DNA from: Catajapyx aquilonaris
Lineage: Eukaryota
NCBI GenBank assembly: GCA_000934665.2
Contig: KZ538285.1
Coordinates: forward strand, 1 to 64,000
Direction: 5' to 3'
Length of the DNA stretch: 64,000 nucleotides
Shown: positions 37,555-50,373 of the stretch, piece after piece
How positions within the stretch are numbered: position 1 is the stretch's first letter
Layout: each line of letters starts with the position of its first letter
The notes under the pieces: generated by a model
What the model was told of the DNA's origin: nothing
What the model saw: the letters and a program-made list of their open reading frames with translations, nothing else
Database searches by the model: none
Program-made: the position numbers and the translations under genes

Positions 37555-39486
37555 TTAAGTCTAGATATGAGCCGGGACATGCAGGTTTTTTCACTATTTA
37601 CCCATAACTGTGCGCAAGATACGCGATAAATTTCTTCGGTGCGCCGTATTAGCTCGGAAAGGCACATAGATCAGATTAGCACAACACGCGTTTCCAGGAG
37701 AAGACCACCCTAATGAAAGATAAGGCCGTCCAGGAAAGTGCCTTTTTCCACCGGAAAGACCCACAACTTTTAACTCTGCTTCTCTGAAATGAGAGCCAAC
37801 TGGTGTCATCACCTGGAAAATCGCTTCTCCCAAATCAAATTATAGTCCCTGTTTCCTACCACCCTTGAGCCGGTTATATGTACAAACTTCTTTGGACTGG
37901 ACTGCACGGTGCGGACCGAGAAACACTTTGAAGGTATAAATATTTGAGCGTTTTTGTAGTCCCCAGCTACCCATTCGTGCCAATCTTCAGTCTGAGGAAC
38001 CCCGTAGGATTTCTCTTCCCCTATACTGGTCACTGCTTGTTCCCTCTCCTGCCCCTGTTCCTGTCACTTTCACAGACTTTTGGTTTAAAAATGTGCTCTT
38101 TCCAGGAGCAGGCTCGTGACTTGAGCACGTGTAAGGTGGATCGAGTGACCAGTAGGTGGCAGCACATTGTCATTAAATACGCGTTATTCTTGGATATACA
38201 TCTTGATGAGTTTAATCAGAGTCCAGGTATAATAGATGAGAATAATGAGCAGGCGGGAGTGGTTGTGAAACGCATTCCCTGTTGGCTTATGCACCCTGCA
38301 AATACGGCGTCATCTGTATCTTCCCCAGCATCTGCCTAACCAATCTGCGTCCAATGTCCAGGAAATGCATGTCTCCCCACCAATTAAAGGGTTACGAACT
38401 AACATTACTGCAGAACAATGAGTTGATAACATGTTTGACCATTAACAGAGGTGATTTGGAGGAACTAAGCGATGATTACAGGATTTATTGACCAAGATGG
38501 GGGCGTGAAAAAGGGCAATGAGAGGGGAACTGTCCATAAAGTTAAGTTTTCAGGGTGAATTCTGCCACACAACGGAAATCGTATACACTCCCCCCCCCCC
38601 CCCCCCCCCCNGCGCCAGGGAGCTTTTTAAAAAATCTGCTCTTGCCGAAATGTTCGGTGGACTGTAAAACGAACCTTATTGCGCTCCGTAATTAGCTCCA
38701 TATAAAATGCAACAATCGTGCTTTTATTCTTCCCAAAATTGCCCCATCGGAATTGCTTGCTACTCTTCTAATCAATACCCGTACCCGGATATTATCTCGC
38801 CCGGACGGTACTATAACTTCTGAGATAGCTGCGTTACGGCATGTTGGGTGCCGCGTGCGAATATGGTCTCCTAAGCGACTCCGGCTACTAGCATGGTATA
38901 TCGTCCTACAATATTTTAAGTTACGACGCTGCTAAATAGCCATAATGAAACGGAATGACGCCATGTTTCCGGAAGTTTGCGTTTCTCCATGTTCCCCACT
39001 GGCCTATCATCTTTTGACAACAAACACGTAAAGGCTGGGACATAATGAAACACGTGTTGCTACTGTTCCTCAGGGTGTCTTTCTAATATCAGACTTTCAT
39101 CCACGACTGTACAGGTTTCCACAAAATCTGCACTGCCTTTTCGTTGTAAGAGTAAAAAGAGCTTCAGGTTATTTTTACTCTCACCTGTCCATTTCTGTGT
39201 ATCTCATCAGTATTATTCTGAAATTAGGCCTACTAATATACTGGTACTAATATACTATTTTCGCCATTTTACATTGATTCAACGTCTTGCTGTAAGGGCA
39301 CTGGCTTTACACTATTTTTGGGAACTTGTGGTAGCATGAGCTTCACCACATCATGGGTCGAGTCACTCTTTCCAACACAGTGTGGGTTTTAGACATTTTA
39401 GTTATTAGATCTTGCTTTTAGTCATAACCACACTGACGCCCAATAGGAATGATGATTCCATCATTCTAATTTCCCCGAATAGCCAG

Positions 39487-40121
39487 TGTACCCCATGAAC
39501 ACTGAATATGGCGACACCTCCTCCCAAGGGGGTAATCACTTCGGTACTCCGGTGTACACCTGGGAGTGGTACTCCCTGGTACTCCTCAGGCACCTCACTC
39601 TTTATTACTCCGTGGTACTCCTTGAATTTGGTACTCCAGTGTACACTTTTCAGTCGAGTGATTACCCCCTTACCTCCTCCTTCCTAGACCACACGTCCTG
39701 TACTTGTACGTAAAGTCATGTGAATCCTGAAGGAGGTTGGCCTCAGGATTCTAACGTCGTAAACTGCCGGCTTCGACTCCGTAAATACTGGTAGGTTGTT
39801 AAGAGGAGAGGGGAGAATAGCCGTTGTTAAGAACCGAGAAGATACTCTTGGGGACTTGAGTCCAAGAGGTCGAGAGATACGTGGTCCGAAGCCAGAAGCC
39901 AGACGGACGACTAGAAGAGAGAACCTTGACGCACCCAGAGGCGACTGTCATCATCCACCACTGAAGCCAGAGGACCTTCCTTAGAAGCTACCAGGGCACG
40001 ATCAACTAGGGTAAGATGACGACGCAAGGGTGTGGTCATAACTTGTCAAGCTACTCACCTGAATAAAACAGTGATTGTCTGAGACTCTGTGTTCTGGTTC
40101 TGTTTCCCCGCTACACTCTCA
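39487..40121 (+). mobile_element. Possible solo LTR interrupted by a MITE
   Basis: TG...CA ends with CCAG on both sides (39483-86, 40122-25) and AATAAA at 40061 followed by a GT-rich stretch. Terminal inverted repeats are weak and the boundaries uncertain. Confidence 0.35.
39525..39672 (+). mobile_element. GGTACTCC-rich MITE copy 2, 8-bp TSD (P- or hAT-like)
   Basis: TIR CAAGGGGGTAATCACT / AGTGATTACCCCCTTA and perfect TSD CCTCCTCC (39517-24, 39673-80). A CANRG start with an 8-bp TSD fits the P superfamily best. Confidence 0.88.
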
Positions 40122-40275
40122 CCAGCATCTTAGAAAGATCCGAACGGTACGCAAGTAGGAACCTTTCTGGGACAACTTGAAGGAATAGTGGCCAAACGCT
40201 CTTAACTTGATTTCACTAAATCATAACAATAGCTTGAAACAATTATTAGTTCGAAATACATATAGCGGTCATATA

Positions 40276-40762
40276 CAGGGTGTTTCAGAGTCACGGGTCA
40301 AGCGTGCGCGAGGGGGTGGGGAAAAATCGTAGGTGCGACAACCCCGGTCGGTTTTATAAAACAATTAGAAATACGCCAAATGCTTTCGGTTGAACCTGGT
40401 TGAACGGGTTTTTAGCCTTGCGGTTTGCACTGAAAAAGGCGCTCTCATGCTACACCGGCAGGATACTGAACACACCACTGTACAGTAGTACACTACGTTG
40501 TACAGTACCCTGCCGGTGTAGCATGAGAGCGCCTTTTTCAGTGCAACCCGCAAGGCTAAAAACCCGTTCAACCAGGTTCAACTGAATGCATTTGCCTTGC
40601 ATTTGCCACTCCGCGCGGGTCAATTCGAATACAGAAAGGATGTGACGTCACGCCGTACGGCCGTAATAAATTGATTACTACCGTATTTCTAATTGTTGTC
40701 GCCACCTACTATTTTTCCCCACCCCCTCGCGCGCGCTTGAGCCGTGACTCTGAAACACCCTG
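40276..40762. mobile_element. Tc1/mariner-type MITE with long TIRs and a large internal hairpin
   Basis: TA-CAGGGTGTTTCAGAGTCACGG...CCGTGACTCTGAAACACCCTG-TA with imperfect TIRs of ~65 bp. A further inverted repeat pairs 40360-40375 with 40682-40697, and an internal hairpin with ~95-bp arms spans 40377-40594. Confidence 0.92.
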
Positions 40763-41344
40763 TATATAAAAATACTGTATCTCCATGTCTAAATGGGTCA
40801 TCTCAAAATCATTTTTGCGTATACTTTCCGATTTCACGAATTGGATTTAGTTGTCCAGTTGTTGAATGCACGATGCTCTATTTTTTCATGACAACATTAT
40901 ATCATGTCTAGTGAATGCATGAAAGGTAATAGGATCACGCGTCTTTTATCATTGTAGCTCTCCTATTTTCCCAGCAATCAGTTTTTGTAACAGAATATTT
41001 CCAGTAATATTTTCCGTTTATTGTTGTTTGCGATAAATTGTAGCCTTCAGGTAGCCTTTATTTTTAATTTTACTCCAATTATTTTTAAATTCAAGTCTAC
41101 ATTTATTGCAATGCAAGCACTAATTTCAGGTCGGATAAACAGCTTAGACGCCTTGAATAAAGGGAGTTTAGACAGTAGAGAATATTTGAATGCCATGTTT
41201 TATAATGTCAAGAACCTTGTCCAACCTCCTCCTATAACAAAGAGGATCTAAACCTGTGATTTCCGACCTGAAAAGACTGTAAGAAACGGCCATGGGTCTA
41301 AGAAAGTATATCCCATTAGATGGCCTAACATCGATTTACCATGA

Positions 41345-41521
41345 AAATACAGGGCTTAGACAAAAATAATATAGTAACACCTACAAAAAGGGGTTTAAAC
41401 TTCGCGTCTGTTTTATTCGAAAACAGGACAAGTTACAAAGATGAGGTTTACCAGGTTTTTAAGCTCTGTCGATGTACATTTGTCAAGGTATGCTGATGAC
41501 GCGAAAATAACGAGGAGGGGG

Positions 41522-41553
<32 letters not shown>

Positions 41554-42448
41554 CGAAACACTAACGACACCCCCCCCCCCCCNCCCCCCCCGACCCCATT
41601 TTTGACCGAAGTCGTTCTTGTCCATTGAAAAGTAAAACCGGTACGGATATGAACATTGCTTGGTTTTGAAGCTCTATCGATGTCACTTTGGAGGTATATA
41701 GAGATGGACCAATAATCACGCTAAGGGACGGGGGAAAAGAGAAATGACATCCTCACTCCCAAGCACTGCTTTAAAGGATAGGAGTAGGCCTAATATTTAA
41801 TTAGAAAACCAAAATAGTTGCAGAAATGATCTTTACTGGGTTTTGAAGCTCTATTTATGTCACTTTGTGGTATACACAAATTGGTTTAAAAATCCGATAT
41901 TTTGTCAAGCCCACGGTACAATCTTTCTATTCTTAAAGAATCAGTGACAGGGAGCCGTAACTGTTTTGGTTTTCAAATGACAAGCCTGAAACACTTTGGT
42001 CAAAAATGGGGTCTGGGGGGGGGGGTGTTAAAATACAGGGGCTAGACAAAAATAATACTGTAGTAACACCTACAAAAAGGGGTTTAAACGTCGCGTCTGT
42101 TTCATTCGAAAACAAGAAAAGTTACAAAGAAAGATGACATTTACCAGGTTTTGAAGCATCGTTCGTCTTTTGCTTCTCTCCCCCCGTCGCGTCGTGATTT
42201 TTGTAACATCTGCATACCTTAACAAATGTACTATATCGCTCAAAAACATAGAGACGATTTTGCATTTGACTCAAGTGCAGCCTGCAATTGAATCAAATGC
42301 AAAATCGTCTCTATGTTTTTGAGCGATATAGTACACCGACAGAGCTTCAAAACAATATAAAAATCATCTTTGCGACTTTTACAGTGTTCGAATAAAACAT
42401 ATACGCGAAATTTCAACCGCTTTTTGCAGGTGTTCTTATTATTATTTT
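41345..42448. repeat. Composite repeat: direct and inverted copies of a ~130-180-bp module
   Basis: The module at 41345-41525 recurs directly at ~42030-42157 and inverted at ~42180-42448. CGACCCCATTTTTGACC (~41591) is inverted at ~41997-42014, and GGTTTTGAAGCTCTAT recurs. Probably the body of an unclassified transposon. Confidence 0.7.
42231..42331. mobile_element. ~100-bp palindromic micro-MITE inserted at GTAC
   Basis: 42-bp perfect arms including the flanking GTAC (42228-42334). The paralogous module at ~41463-41481 shows the empty site. The TSD is TA or GTAC. Confidence 0.9.
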
Positions 42449-43111
42449 GGAAATAAGAAATCCTGTAATGTCCACTTTCCCCTCGCTAATTTGGCCACTT
42501 TTGGGGTCATTTTTCTCAATGTGGGACTAGTCGAATTCAAAGTCACATATGTTTAAAGAAGCATCATTTCCTGCTTATAATAATAGCATAAGAACGCTTC
42601 ACCTCCCATAAGTGGTACACCTGCTGAAAAAATTTAATGCATCGCCATATAACGCATGGGGATTTCTAGGGATTTCCTATGCACCTGACATGGTGACAAT
42701 CATTCCTGCCTTGGGGAACCCACGCAACATGAACATGGTCATCTGGCCATTACTGCTGTTGAAGGACATAACAAGTCAAGCAGTATTGGAAATGATACTT
42801 CCTGAAATGTCCATTTTTCCCTAATGGTCATCTTTGGTGTCATTTTTCTCAATGTGGGGCTGGATCTGTTTTAAAATTATTTAGCCCTATATTAAAAGAC
42901 GCGTCATTTTATGCTCGATCTAGCGATGTAATAACGATTGACTTACCTTGAGAGGCTTACCCATGGCACGCCAAATAATGGGAGTGGGCTATAGGGGGAT
43001 TTTCCGTGCATTTAAACATGTGCTGCGGGTGAATCGATTATGAGAGGTGAATCGTTCTTATATCCCTATGCCAAGCATGAAAAGATGCCTCATTTCCAAA
43101 CCAGCAGGAAG

Positions 43112-43887
43112 TAGGCTTGGTCGTTTTAAAACAGCCACAGCTAGTTCTGGTCGTTACTGCTTTTCATATGCCTATGGATATGGAGGCGATGGGGAGATGG
43201 ATGGATACTTTTGTGTTGGTGTGGCTGTGGAGCTTTGTGCTGACCGCACCAGGGCTGTCCTTTGTTGTGGCCCTGCTAGGCATGGTCCATCACATTGCCC
43301 GATAATCTTAGTTAGTTGCGAGCGTAGCGAGCTGAGCATGTACAATCGTGTGTTGCGTATCTGGCCAACAATACTGGTTGTCTTGTGCTGCAGCAGGCCA
43401 ACAAATGTTATTCTGGCTTTCCAAGCGCATTCCAGCGTTTGGCCAAGCCCCAATAACGTTCGTTGGCCTGCGGCGCACAAAGACGGACAATATTGTTGGG
43501 CGGATACACAACTCACAATTAGTGCTCAGCTCGCAACTAACTAAAATCATTGGGCAATGCGACAGACCGTGCCTGGAAGGGCCACAACAAAGGACAGTCC
43601 TGGCGGGGTCAGCCCAAAGCACCACAGCCACACCAACACAAAGGCTCCATCCATCTCCCCATCGCCTCCATATCCAAAGGTATATGAATAAGCAGTAACG
43701 ACCAGAACTAGCTGTGGCTGTTTTTAAACGACCAGACCTAGCTGTGGCTGTTTTTAAACGACCAGACCTAGCTGTGGCTGTTTTTAAACGACCAGACCTG
43801 GCTATGTCTGTTTTGAAACAACCACACCTAGGTCTGGATGGTTTGCAAATGATCAGACCTAGGTGCGGTCGGATTTTTCACTCAGTG
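43112..43887. mobile_element. Foldback CACTA/EnSpm-like element, left end truncated
   Basis: Imperfect inverted arms of ~300 bp (43112-43740) and 30-bp tandem units CTAGCTGTGGCTGTTTTTAAACGACCAGAC (43708-~43860). The right terminus TTTTTCACTCAGTG reads CACTG- on the minus strand. Confidence 0.8.
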
Positions 43888-46800
43888 AGCGTTTTCGGGG
43901 TTTGAGCCTAGTATTGATTCGGTTTTGACCACTTCCACTAACCGAAGAAATTATCCCAAAGAATTCGTCATTTCCAAAATTCCGCTATTTTTTCCCCTCG
44001 CCACGGCATTTCGTAATATGGATGGAGCTTGATATGCAGTGTTATGGCATATGTGTGTACAGCTGTGATATTTTTCAGCAATATCCGAGATGGTCTAGCA
44101 ACATTTAGGCCCACTTGATTTGGAATGACCCTTATATTTCAAGGAATTTAATTTTGTGACTGCCCTCAGGCCAAAAACAAATCCCAGAATGAATGGTCAT
44201 TATGAGTTACGAGTGACCTAAGGAACATGAAAATAGCGACGAATTTCCATGGACGAAAATCGTGTTGCATAGTGAATCTAACAAGAATCTAAGAGAGTAA
44301 TATATAGGCTACTTTCCGATCTAATATTCCTGAAACACAGTATTTAAGATGGAGTGTTAAAGGTCTCGGTAACTCGTACTTCCTATCAGCAGCATGCTAT
44401 GACTCACGTAGGCCTACTGCACATCATCTGCATCTTTGCGATATTACTGGAATCAAGAGATTAAGGTCCTTTAATAATGTATTATTAGTTTGAGGAAGTG
44501 CCAGGAGGAGTAGGCTGCTCAAAGAAGGTAAGAGGAACTAATACTACTGTACTTATACCCTTTGCTTTGAAACCAACTTAAGACTTCTGTTGCTTCTTGT
44601 AGCACGATGCCCGCAAGGTTCCAACCAAAGTCTTTGGAGGAAATCTGCATGGGCAAGTGTTGTTTCGGATGTATGCGTGCGTATAAACCTGTATATGGTT
44701 GATTTGTCCAAGCTCCTGGCAGATACTTCTATACCCGATGCTGCTGGCATGTAGTACAGTACGTACTATATATGCTGCAGCTCCAGCAGTATGGCCGTGT
44801 CGTGTGTTGCAGAGAACAGATGGGACGACGACATCTCACCCAAAGGTGCTAGCTGACGATCGTGTGTGTGTGTGCATCAGAAGTTAATATAAAAAATTGT
44901 GATACGCCAAACATGGTCATAAAGATATGAACTGTTTATCAATGAAAGAGCTATAATTTATATCCATCACTAGAAAATATAGGCATTATTTCATATTTTT
45001 GTTCCAGAAGTGCCCTAACGTCCACAGTACTTGATTTCCTTCCTGCCCGCGAATTTATTCCCTGCAACATTACCTTGCCATCGTGGTTTAGCCACATCAT
45101 CATCTCCGAGTGGAGCAAAACACAGCAGTATTAAGTCGAAATACGAATCCTGCTGCCAGCATATACAGCAGTGTGAGCAGAGGGCCCCATTGACGCCAGC
45201 TTTTGAGTATACCATGCATAAAGCACTCTTTGGTAAATGTCCAGTTGGATCGTCCACCTTGGAGTCAACTTGCCAGATAGTCCTATCTGCTGACAAGTGC
45301 AGCAAGGCCTACGTCCCTTTTCCCCTTGCAAGCTCTATACCCTCGGCTGGGTAATTAACCCGCAGTAAGCTTAGGAGGAATGTGCAACGCTGAGATATAC
45401 AGGTCCAGGCCGACGTGGAGGGCGTCGTCCTTACGTATATTCTGTCCCGAGTCAAGTCATAATGAGTGTGACCCACGCATAGATCCTAGCCACAGTGCCC
45501 GCAGCCTAATTAGAATAGATCGCGGCCAGCAGACCAAGAAGCTATGCTTCGATAATGAATTTTCCTACACTTTGTTGGCGACACCGCACGAAAGTGACAT
45601 CGGATGAAAGGTCACTCATTATGGGGCTGCAATTTCCTCATTGCGGACCCGGCGGTAAAAAGGACCACCCACAGCATTGGAGGAGCCAACCTTGTAGGTG
45701 GACAAAGGCGGCTCATCACGAAGGAAGCCAATTTTGCACTCCGACGGGGGTTAAATCAAATAGCCCCTAATGTCCTGGCGGGGGATTTGGGGCCTCCCGA
45801 TCACATGGTAATGGTGGGAGGCTGCGGGCCATCTGTTCCCTCCGTACTGTCCCCGGACTTGCATACGTAAATAGGTAAGCTTTGGGGCTCTTGCCTCTGC
45901 TGCTGCACTTCCTTGCTGGCCCGCCCAACTTGGCCACATTATGCTAAACCTTGCAGTATATCAGGACCGGCTGATATTTTACTATTTGCCCGCTTGTTTT
46001 TTGGGAGTTGGGCGATCAAGTCCCACTTGCACCATTTCCACAGTTTCATTTCGCAACCGTGGGAACGAACAAAGAGTAAACCCGTATTATGAGAGGGGGT
46101 GTGTGGAAGCTCATTCATTCCGAATATGAACCCTCCCTGTTATGCATTCTTCGGCAATTCATGAAAATTCAACCAGGCTTCGCTATCAACAGTGTCCCCC
46201 CTCGCTCCCTGCTGCATCACCCCCTACCCGAAACTAATATCGCGCGCATATGAACCAACTTGATGACTCTCATATGTGGGAGCGGCTCTTTTTTTATGCG
46301 CATGTTTGCGCTCCGTAGTTAGATTGCGCTTTGCCTTAAACTCCGGGTCGAACGGACAGGTCATGACGACCACATTACCGGCACAGCTGTGCACTAAAGT
46401 GTCTCCGTCGTACCCCTGGTCTTTCGTAATCAGTGCGCCAGGGTCACGGCACATTAACTATGGTGCCCAGGGGGGAATGGCGTCAAAGCCGCCAGCTAAA
46501 TCTCTCCCTCCCTCCCCTTATTCCCCCACCCCCCTCTCGACCAACACTTCCAACACTTCCACAAAGCCTCCAATGCGACTGACAATGAGCTTCGATTGAC
46601 CCCACGAGACACGCCCACGCAGATTAGTTGCGCCTCAAGCCCCTTCTGTACTGGCCACGTGCCCGGATATTCTAACTCAGGGCTTCACTTTTGTCACTGA
46701 CACATTGACTATGAGGTGTCCAACATTTACATTAAAGAAGGGTGTGACCACTAAAAAAAAAGAACACTGCAATACTATTTGTTCATTTAAACTGTTTGAC

Positions 46801-48444
46801 ACCGTATTACCGTATTTGGAACGTTAGGGAGCAGATTTAATCACATTCCTGAATGCACTGCATTCTTCACATCCCATTGCACTTATTAGCTCGTCACACA
46901 AACTCTCTCCCGCCCTTTGCAGTGCTACCCATTGTTGCGCTAGTTGCGGGAGGGAGGTTGCATTACCAGTCATTCTCGAGCGATTGTTTAAAAATGTTAA
47001 ATACCGACCTGGAGATAACCCCCCGTTTCTCCCCCCACCACCGGTATTTTTGATAATATCATACCCGTTTAATTAGCTACCTAGGGCGAGTTCGAAATAC
47101 CCTCCGTTTCCGCCGGAGGTTTAAATCAGATCTGGGCCGACGCCAACGTGGTACCGTCATGTGCACGCAGAGAACAACACATATGCAGAAGTCGGAGCCA
47201 AATTAGCCAATTTTGTCACCTAGCCACAAATTCACTAACGGGCTAGTGTGGTTCATGTGACCAAAAATGGACGAATTTTCTTCCATCTAAAAGTTTATCC
47301 GCCTGCCTAAATTTGGGCAGACTGCTGCATACGTTTTTGATGTTTTGACCCGTTCTGTGTATCAGGCATAGAAAATCATGCAGATGAAAATGTGGGCTCA
47401 CAAGTGACCCGCAGCTTCATTTGGCATCCCTCAACCATCTACTCATTCAAACACAACGGCGTCGTTCCCCCCGGGACAGATCTGGAAGAGTGCTGCAAGG
47501 GACAGCAGGGGGACACAAAAGGCAATGGGGGACCCACGGACAAAACATAACGTCGGGAATGCATTTTGAGGGGGAATAGGGTAGAAAATATAGGAAGAGG
47601 CGCATCAGCTGGCCCGTCCAATCCATCCCCTTTTCCTACTCTCTCTTCCCTTCCCTCCCTCCCCTTGTTTGTCCAGGTTGCGGCCTCTTCATTTACGTCC
47701 TGATAGTTAGGCCCGCTCTTGGCGTGAGTAATCGGCGCCTCTGAGCACCCCATCTGTTCTTTGCAGTTTGCCCACAGGGGTAAACACTGACACTGGATGC
47801 CGGCAGGGGGTTACTAGGCGGGTGTAATAGCGCGAGTGGAGCTCAACAATCGGGAAGGTGTAAACGACCAATGGGTTATGCATATGCCTGCAGGATAATA
47901 TTGTCATCAGACACTGATTAAGTGCAGTGTAGTTGAACTTAGTGCATGTTCTGGGGTAATTAGGTTTGGTGGCGTAAACAGGTTAATATTATAAGGTGTA
48001 TCCTGTGCAAGCGGAGGAAGGTTCAAAGGAAAGTGTATGGTGGCTAACACGATCATGATCTTGTATGAACTAGAGCCGATCAGCTGTGAAATAAGGCCTG
48101 ATTAACAAAATTGGCGGTCATGATGTAAGTGATTATATTTAATAGCATCATTAATACTGCCAACTTCTGAGTAACTCTATTCATTTCTGTGATTCATTAT
48201 TTTATATTTACATGTGTCCAAGCATATAAAGAACTAATGGTGATTTATGAGGCATTTCTTCAGAAGAGAAATTAGATCAGTTAAGCTCAAAAAATTCAAA
48301 TGGGTGACTGCTGGCGTAGGGTGTATTACGTACATAAACCACCCGATGTCCCGATCATCCTTTCAGTATATCCTCCAGCACCTGGAAAACCATATTTTTC
48401 CTCATGGTGTGTGAAAGTTTGTACGTAGTGCCCGAGATATATAC

Positions 48445-48590
48445 CAAGGGGTTAACCACTTCGGTACTCCGGTGTACACCTGCAATGGTATACTCCCAGC
48501 CCCCAGGTACTCCTTAGGTATCTTACTCTTAGGTACTCCTTGAATTTGGTATGCCAGTGTACACTTTACGGTCGAGTGGTTAACCTCTTG
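48445..48590 (+). mobile_element. GGTACTCC-rich MITE copy 3 (variant TIR)
   Basis: TIR CAAGGGGTTAACCACT / AGTGGTTAACCTCTTG. Flanks ATATATAC and AGATATGC match at 6 of 8 positions (decayed 8-bp TSD). Confidence 0.87.
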
Positions 48591-48632
48591 AGATATGCAG
48601 TATAATAATTATAGCCTTGATATTATTTAAAC

Positions 48633-48812
48633 CAGTGGTTCTTAACCTTTTCGGGCATCGCACTCCTTTGAAGACAGTTGGTCCTTGTCGCACCCCCACA
48701 CCAGCAGGGGTGATTGATTAAGTTCATAGTTAGACTAAGTCCAGAGGTGCACCTTGCTCGCACCTCCAGGGGAGCCACCTCGGGTGCGGGCACTCCAGGT
48801 TAAGAACCGCTG
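48633..48812. mobile_element. hAT (Charlie/Buster-type) MITE
   Basis: TIR CAGTGGTTCTTAACC / GGTTAAGAACCGCTG and perfect 8-bp TSD ATTTAAAC (48625-32, 48813-20) with the central TA typical of Buster/Charlie targets. Repeated CGCAC motifs inside. Confidence 0.93.
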
Positions 48813-48952
48813 ATTTAAACGGAATAGACTATTCGCTATTCCCGTAAAATGCTGCATGCCTATATATGAAAAATCATGGATGAATACCACCACCTGATAT
48901 CATCGGTGATCAAGTAACTTTCTTTGCTAAGACCACGGAACTTATACGTACT

Positions 48953-49096
48953 GAGTGTTTGGTGAAGATGAGGACAAAAGCGTGATAACTAAAGAATAAA
49001 ATTATTCTTTAGTTAGCACGCTTTTGTCCTCTTCACCAAACACTCTGTGTCCTACAAGGTTACAATATCATTTGATATTGTAGCCTTGTAGGACAC
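48953..49096. repeat. Two abutting long hairpins
   Basis: 48953-49045 (~45-bp arms, one 3-nt bulge) and 49047-49096 (~24-bp arms). A third inverted repeat lies at ~49390-49477. Confidence 0.88.
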
Positions 49097-50085
49097 CATT
49101 CTGAATCAAAAATTCTTCAAATATTTTGCCCGGCGCAAATAATACCGCTGCGCTGAGAAGCTACAACCATGCAAAGCGGTTTGATCAAAAAAATATAATC
49201 TAAATAGTAATTTGGATAGTCGATGATTGGTTCAAACGCGTAGTCCAGTAAGGACAGAGAAATGCTCAACTGGCCTATAGTTTGACACATAATTACGCAT
49301 CGGCATGCCCTATTAGTGCGAATAATGTCGATCAGAATGTTCAGTACTATGCGAGTTTATTACAAGTTAAAAGACAGTTTTAAAACCAGTAAATAACGGC
49401 ATTTTGCAAAGTGTCTTTGAACGCCACTGTGACGCTAGAGTAACTCAAATGCACACTTTTCAAAATGCCGTTATTTATTATCGGATTAATTTTGTAATCA
49501 ACTAGTGGCACTGACATACTGATAAGTAATAATTTGCCAGCTGGGCATTTCCGAGTCCTTACTAGACTGCGCGTTTCAACAAATCACTCCTTACCAAAAG
49601 AGCTATTTAAATTATTTCTTGCCCCAACTTCGCAGAGGTGTATCGCCTCACTCAGTCGTAACGTTTACGGCAATGCCACAGATATTTTGGATTCACTATG
49701 GTGTTCTACACTTCTTGTGATATCAAACTCTTAATTGTCATATTATACATTTTCAAAACACCCTGTATTTGGGCAATTCCCAGAGGCCAAACCCTCTCCA
49801 ACTCCTGATCAACGTTTCGGTTTTACTAGGATACTGAATTTTCACAGATTTCTGTAAAGAACAGCTCTCACATCTGTACTGATCATTAAAGGCGATTTAC
49901 CGACACGCAAGAACTTACGTAACTGATTTGAGCATTTTCCCCGGGAAGTTCTTTCCCATATAACGTCTAGTTATTTTCAGCTTACAAGTTAGAGGACTTA
50001 TTCCAGTATTTTTGAAACTATTCGTTCTGTGAATCTAGTGAGCATAATTATTTGCATCAGTTACTACTAAGCATGTGAGTATAAT

Positions 50086-50373
50086 AGTAATTCATACCCC
50101 GTTATCAGCCTTTTTCGGCTCTTTAGGGGGGAAGTTCGTTTTGCCTGGAACTATTTGGTTTTCATTTTACTGTGGCTCTTTGGGATAGGATAGGGACGGA
50201 AGGAAGCGGCTGTGGCCTATAAATTGCGGAAGCAACTCCGGAATTTTCCTGGAAGGACCGTGGGAAACCACATAAAACCACGGTCAGAGTTGCCGCCCCC
50301 CGGGATTTGATCCCAGGACCTCCCGATTAGCAGTCGGACACCATATCCGCTCCACCACTACTGCTTCGGTAGG
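50086..50373 (-). mobile_element. tRNA-derived SINE family C, copy 2
   Basis: Reverse-complement homolog of 25004-25330 with A box TGGTGGAGCGG. Perfect 22-bp TSD CTACTAAGCATGTGAGTATAAT at 50064-50085 and 50374-50395. Confidence 0.95.

Noticed and set aside
37594..38033. Penelope GIY-YIG fragment (TPVGSHF)
   Set aside because: No upstream GIY/YIG motifs were seen in the frames examined.
43708..43860. CRISPR-like 30-bp repeats (also the 26-bp and 92-bp arrays at 32.7-33.6 kb)
   Set aside because: Head-to-tail with no unique spacers, located inside transposons, no cas genes, eukaryotic context.
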